A stretch of 37,475 nt of DNA from Hadesarchaea archaeon (GTDB lineage: Archaea > Hadarchaeota > Hadarchaeia > Hadarchaeales > WYZ-LMO6), in the NCBI GenBank assembly GCA_029259185.1, contig JAPDJF010000036.1:1-37475 (forward strand), written 5' to 3'. Positions 36,081-37,475 of this stretch are shown here, piece after piece (positions within the stretch are counted from its first letter, which is position 1; every line of letters begins with the position of its first letter). A model generated the notes under the pieces. That model saw only the letters and a list, made by a program, of their open reading frames with translations, ran no database searches and was not told where the DNA came from. The translations under genes were made by a program, and so were the position numbers.

Positions 36081-36236
36081 TTCTGACCGTGCCTTCTAAG
36101 TGTCTATGGACTCCAGCACTCCTTTACGAACCTCTATCCAAGAGACCGGTTAAATGTCGAAGAGATCCACAGTTCGGAGCTGAGTCACCATAACTTGGAA
36201 CACCTGACACGGTTTTGCGTGGGAATTTCGGCCCCA

Positions 36237-36557
36237 TCACCCCACTATCCTCTTCAGCCTGGCCAGCCTTCGGTGGATTTCGGCTTCAACCGATTTCAAA
36301 AACTCCTCTTTTGATGGGAAACGATACCGGTGGGCGCGCCTCCGATTCGGCGTGACGAAGGTTTCCCTTCTCACCAAGTTGAGGTGGAGGAGCTTTTTCA
36401 GGTGCCCCTTGACGGCCCGCTCCGACCGCTTGGTTTTCTCGATGATTTCTTTGACCGAGAGGCCCCTCTTCTGGTGCCGGTGAAGTAGCATCAGGATTTC
36501 TTTTCCGGTGGCTCCTAGGTTGAGAATTCCGGCGCTCTCTCGGATGAGCCTTTTCAT
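36237..36557 (-). CDS. Winged-helix transcriptional regulator
   Basis: LSVKEIIEKTKRSERAVKGHLKKL...LVRRE...YRF wHTH pattern. Confidence 0.82.
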   Translation of the reverse strand: MKRLIRESAGILNLGATGKEILMLLHRHQKRGLSVKEIIEKTKRSERAVKGHLKKLLHLNLVRRETFVTPNRRRAHRYRFPSKEEFLKSVEAEIHRRLARLKRIVG

Positions 36558-37060
36558 CCAAGTCCGCCAACACTATGAGAAAGGCTATTTAAACCTATGG
36601 TGGCATGGGGCATGGGGGCTTTTGACACTCTCCACGACTGAAGCCGGGAGATTCTCGGTTTTTCAGCTTCATCATGCCGAGTTCGGGGCAGTGCCAAGAC
36701 GGCTCCTGCCTGCGAGATATACCCGCGGCCCGCTGGAACCACCTTCATCATTTCAGTCTGGAACTTGGACATCCAGACCACATACGAGCAACCTGCTCAA
36801 GAGAGGATGAGAGGTGAGGAAATTATAGACCTATCCGACAGGATAATTTAAGCTTTCTAGCGATTTGTAAAACTTCATCGTGTTGAAAATTCGTGCCCAC
36901 ATTTCGGACATTTCACACCGGGGCAGGAGGATACGGACATCGAGCAATTACGACATGAGGTTATCCTAGCATATGCTTTGCTGAATCGAAAACCACACTT
37001 CGGACACGTCACGATATCAGTGGACAGGGTTTTGTTCCTCCCACTCAGCTCGTCGAGTAG

Positions 37061-37294
37061 CTAGGGAATAGCTTCCACACCTTTGATCTCAGGAAGCTCC
37101 TTTTTTATGGCGCGCTCCACTCCCATGGCCAACGTTAGAGTTGACATGGGGCAGCCCGCACATGCTCCAGTTAACCTGACTTTGACTATCTTGTCTTTCG
37201 TAACATCCACGAGTTCTACATTTCCCCCATGGGCTCGGAGTTCGGGACGAATTTTTTCTAACGCTTCTTCGACCTTCTTTCTCGTAATATCCAC
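37061..37294 (-). CDS. NifU C-terminal (Nfu-type) Fe-S carrier
   Basis: IRPEL.AHGGNVELV, LTGACAGCPMS. Confidence 0.93.
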   Translation of the reverse strand: MDITRKKVEEALEKIRPELRAHGGNVELVDVTKDKIVKVRLTGACAGCPMSTLTLAMGVERAIKKELPEIKGVEAIP

Positions 37295-37370
37295 CTAGTT
37301 CTTTCCGTAATTCATCATTTATAAAATTGGGTATCAGCGGTTTACCACGGTTCTGTTGCGTAATCGGGAG

Positions 37371-37475
37371 CTACGCAACTGATGGGGTCGCAATCATCCC
37401 CCACCAATCCGGGCCGAACCTCAGCCCTTCATCTTCGAGTTTGGCGATGTTCACACAAGCTATGCGATCCCTGTC
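37371..37475 (-). mobile_element. tnpB: 3' end of a tnpB gene (runs in from the window end)
   Basis: DRDRIACVNIAKLEDEGLRFGPDWWGMIATPSVA* is a RuvC-III DRDxxAxxNI motif. The stop overlaps the hairpin GTTGCGTA/TACGCAAC. Confidence 0.7.

Overview
Archaeal genomic DNA, inferred from the archaellin, archaeal-type Pth2, PheS/PheT, GPN GTPase, SepCysS and SAMP-like genes. A Hadarchaeota-like euryarchaeote is a guess from gene content only. The window has five blocks. (1) 1-6.6 kb, surface-structure locus: a partial archaellin gene, a SipW-type signal peptidase with an unusual N-terminal domain, three paralogous secreted proteins, and an unannotated 57-aa zinc-ribbon gene. The three paralogues share a cannula (CanA)/TasA-like core, and two of them carry large domains inserted at different loops. 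A repeated ATTATCA-N4-TGATAAT motif marks the intergenic DNA. (2) 6.6-12.6 kb, housekeeping: pth2, thiL, a FAD-oxidase pseudogene, pheS-pheT, then a ~280-nt GC-rich structured ncRNA candidate. (3) 12.6-19.1 kb: oxidoreductases, including an apparently non-catalytic acyl-CoA dehydrogenase, plus a GPN GTPase and sixA. (4) 19.3-30.5 kb, sulfur-relay island: AIR-synthase-like protein, tatD, SepCysS, E1/ThiF, decayed methanogenesis marker 8, two ubiquitin-like genes, SufS-type desulfurase, the DUF39-CBS + NIL-ferredoxin homocysteine-synthesis pair, an HTH-CBS regulator and an MSMEG_0568-like radical SAM. (5) 30.5-37.5 kb: acyl-CoA dehydrogenases, an SCP2 protein, a radical SAM, a regulator, a NifU-C protein and several IS200/IS605 (TnpB) and IS110 remnants. 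The most promising undescribed system is the SipW-dependent cannula/TasA-like modular fibre locus. No tRNA, rRNA or CRISPR array was seen. All family calls come from motif recognition by eye, not database searches.
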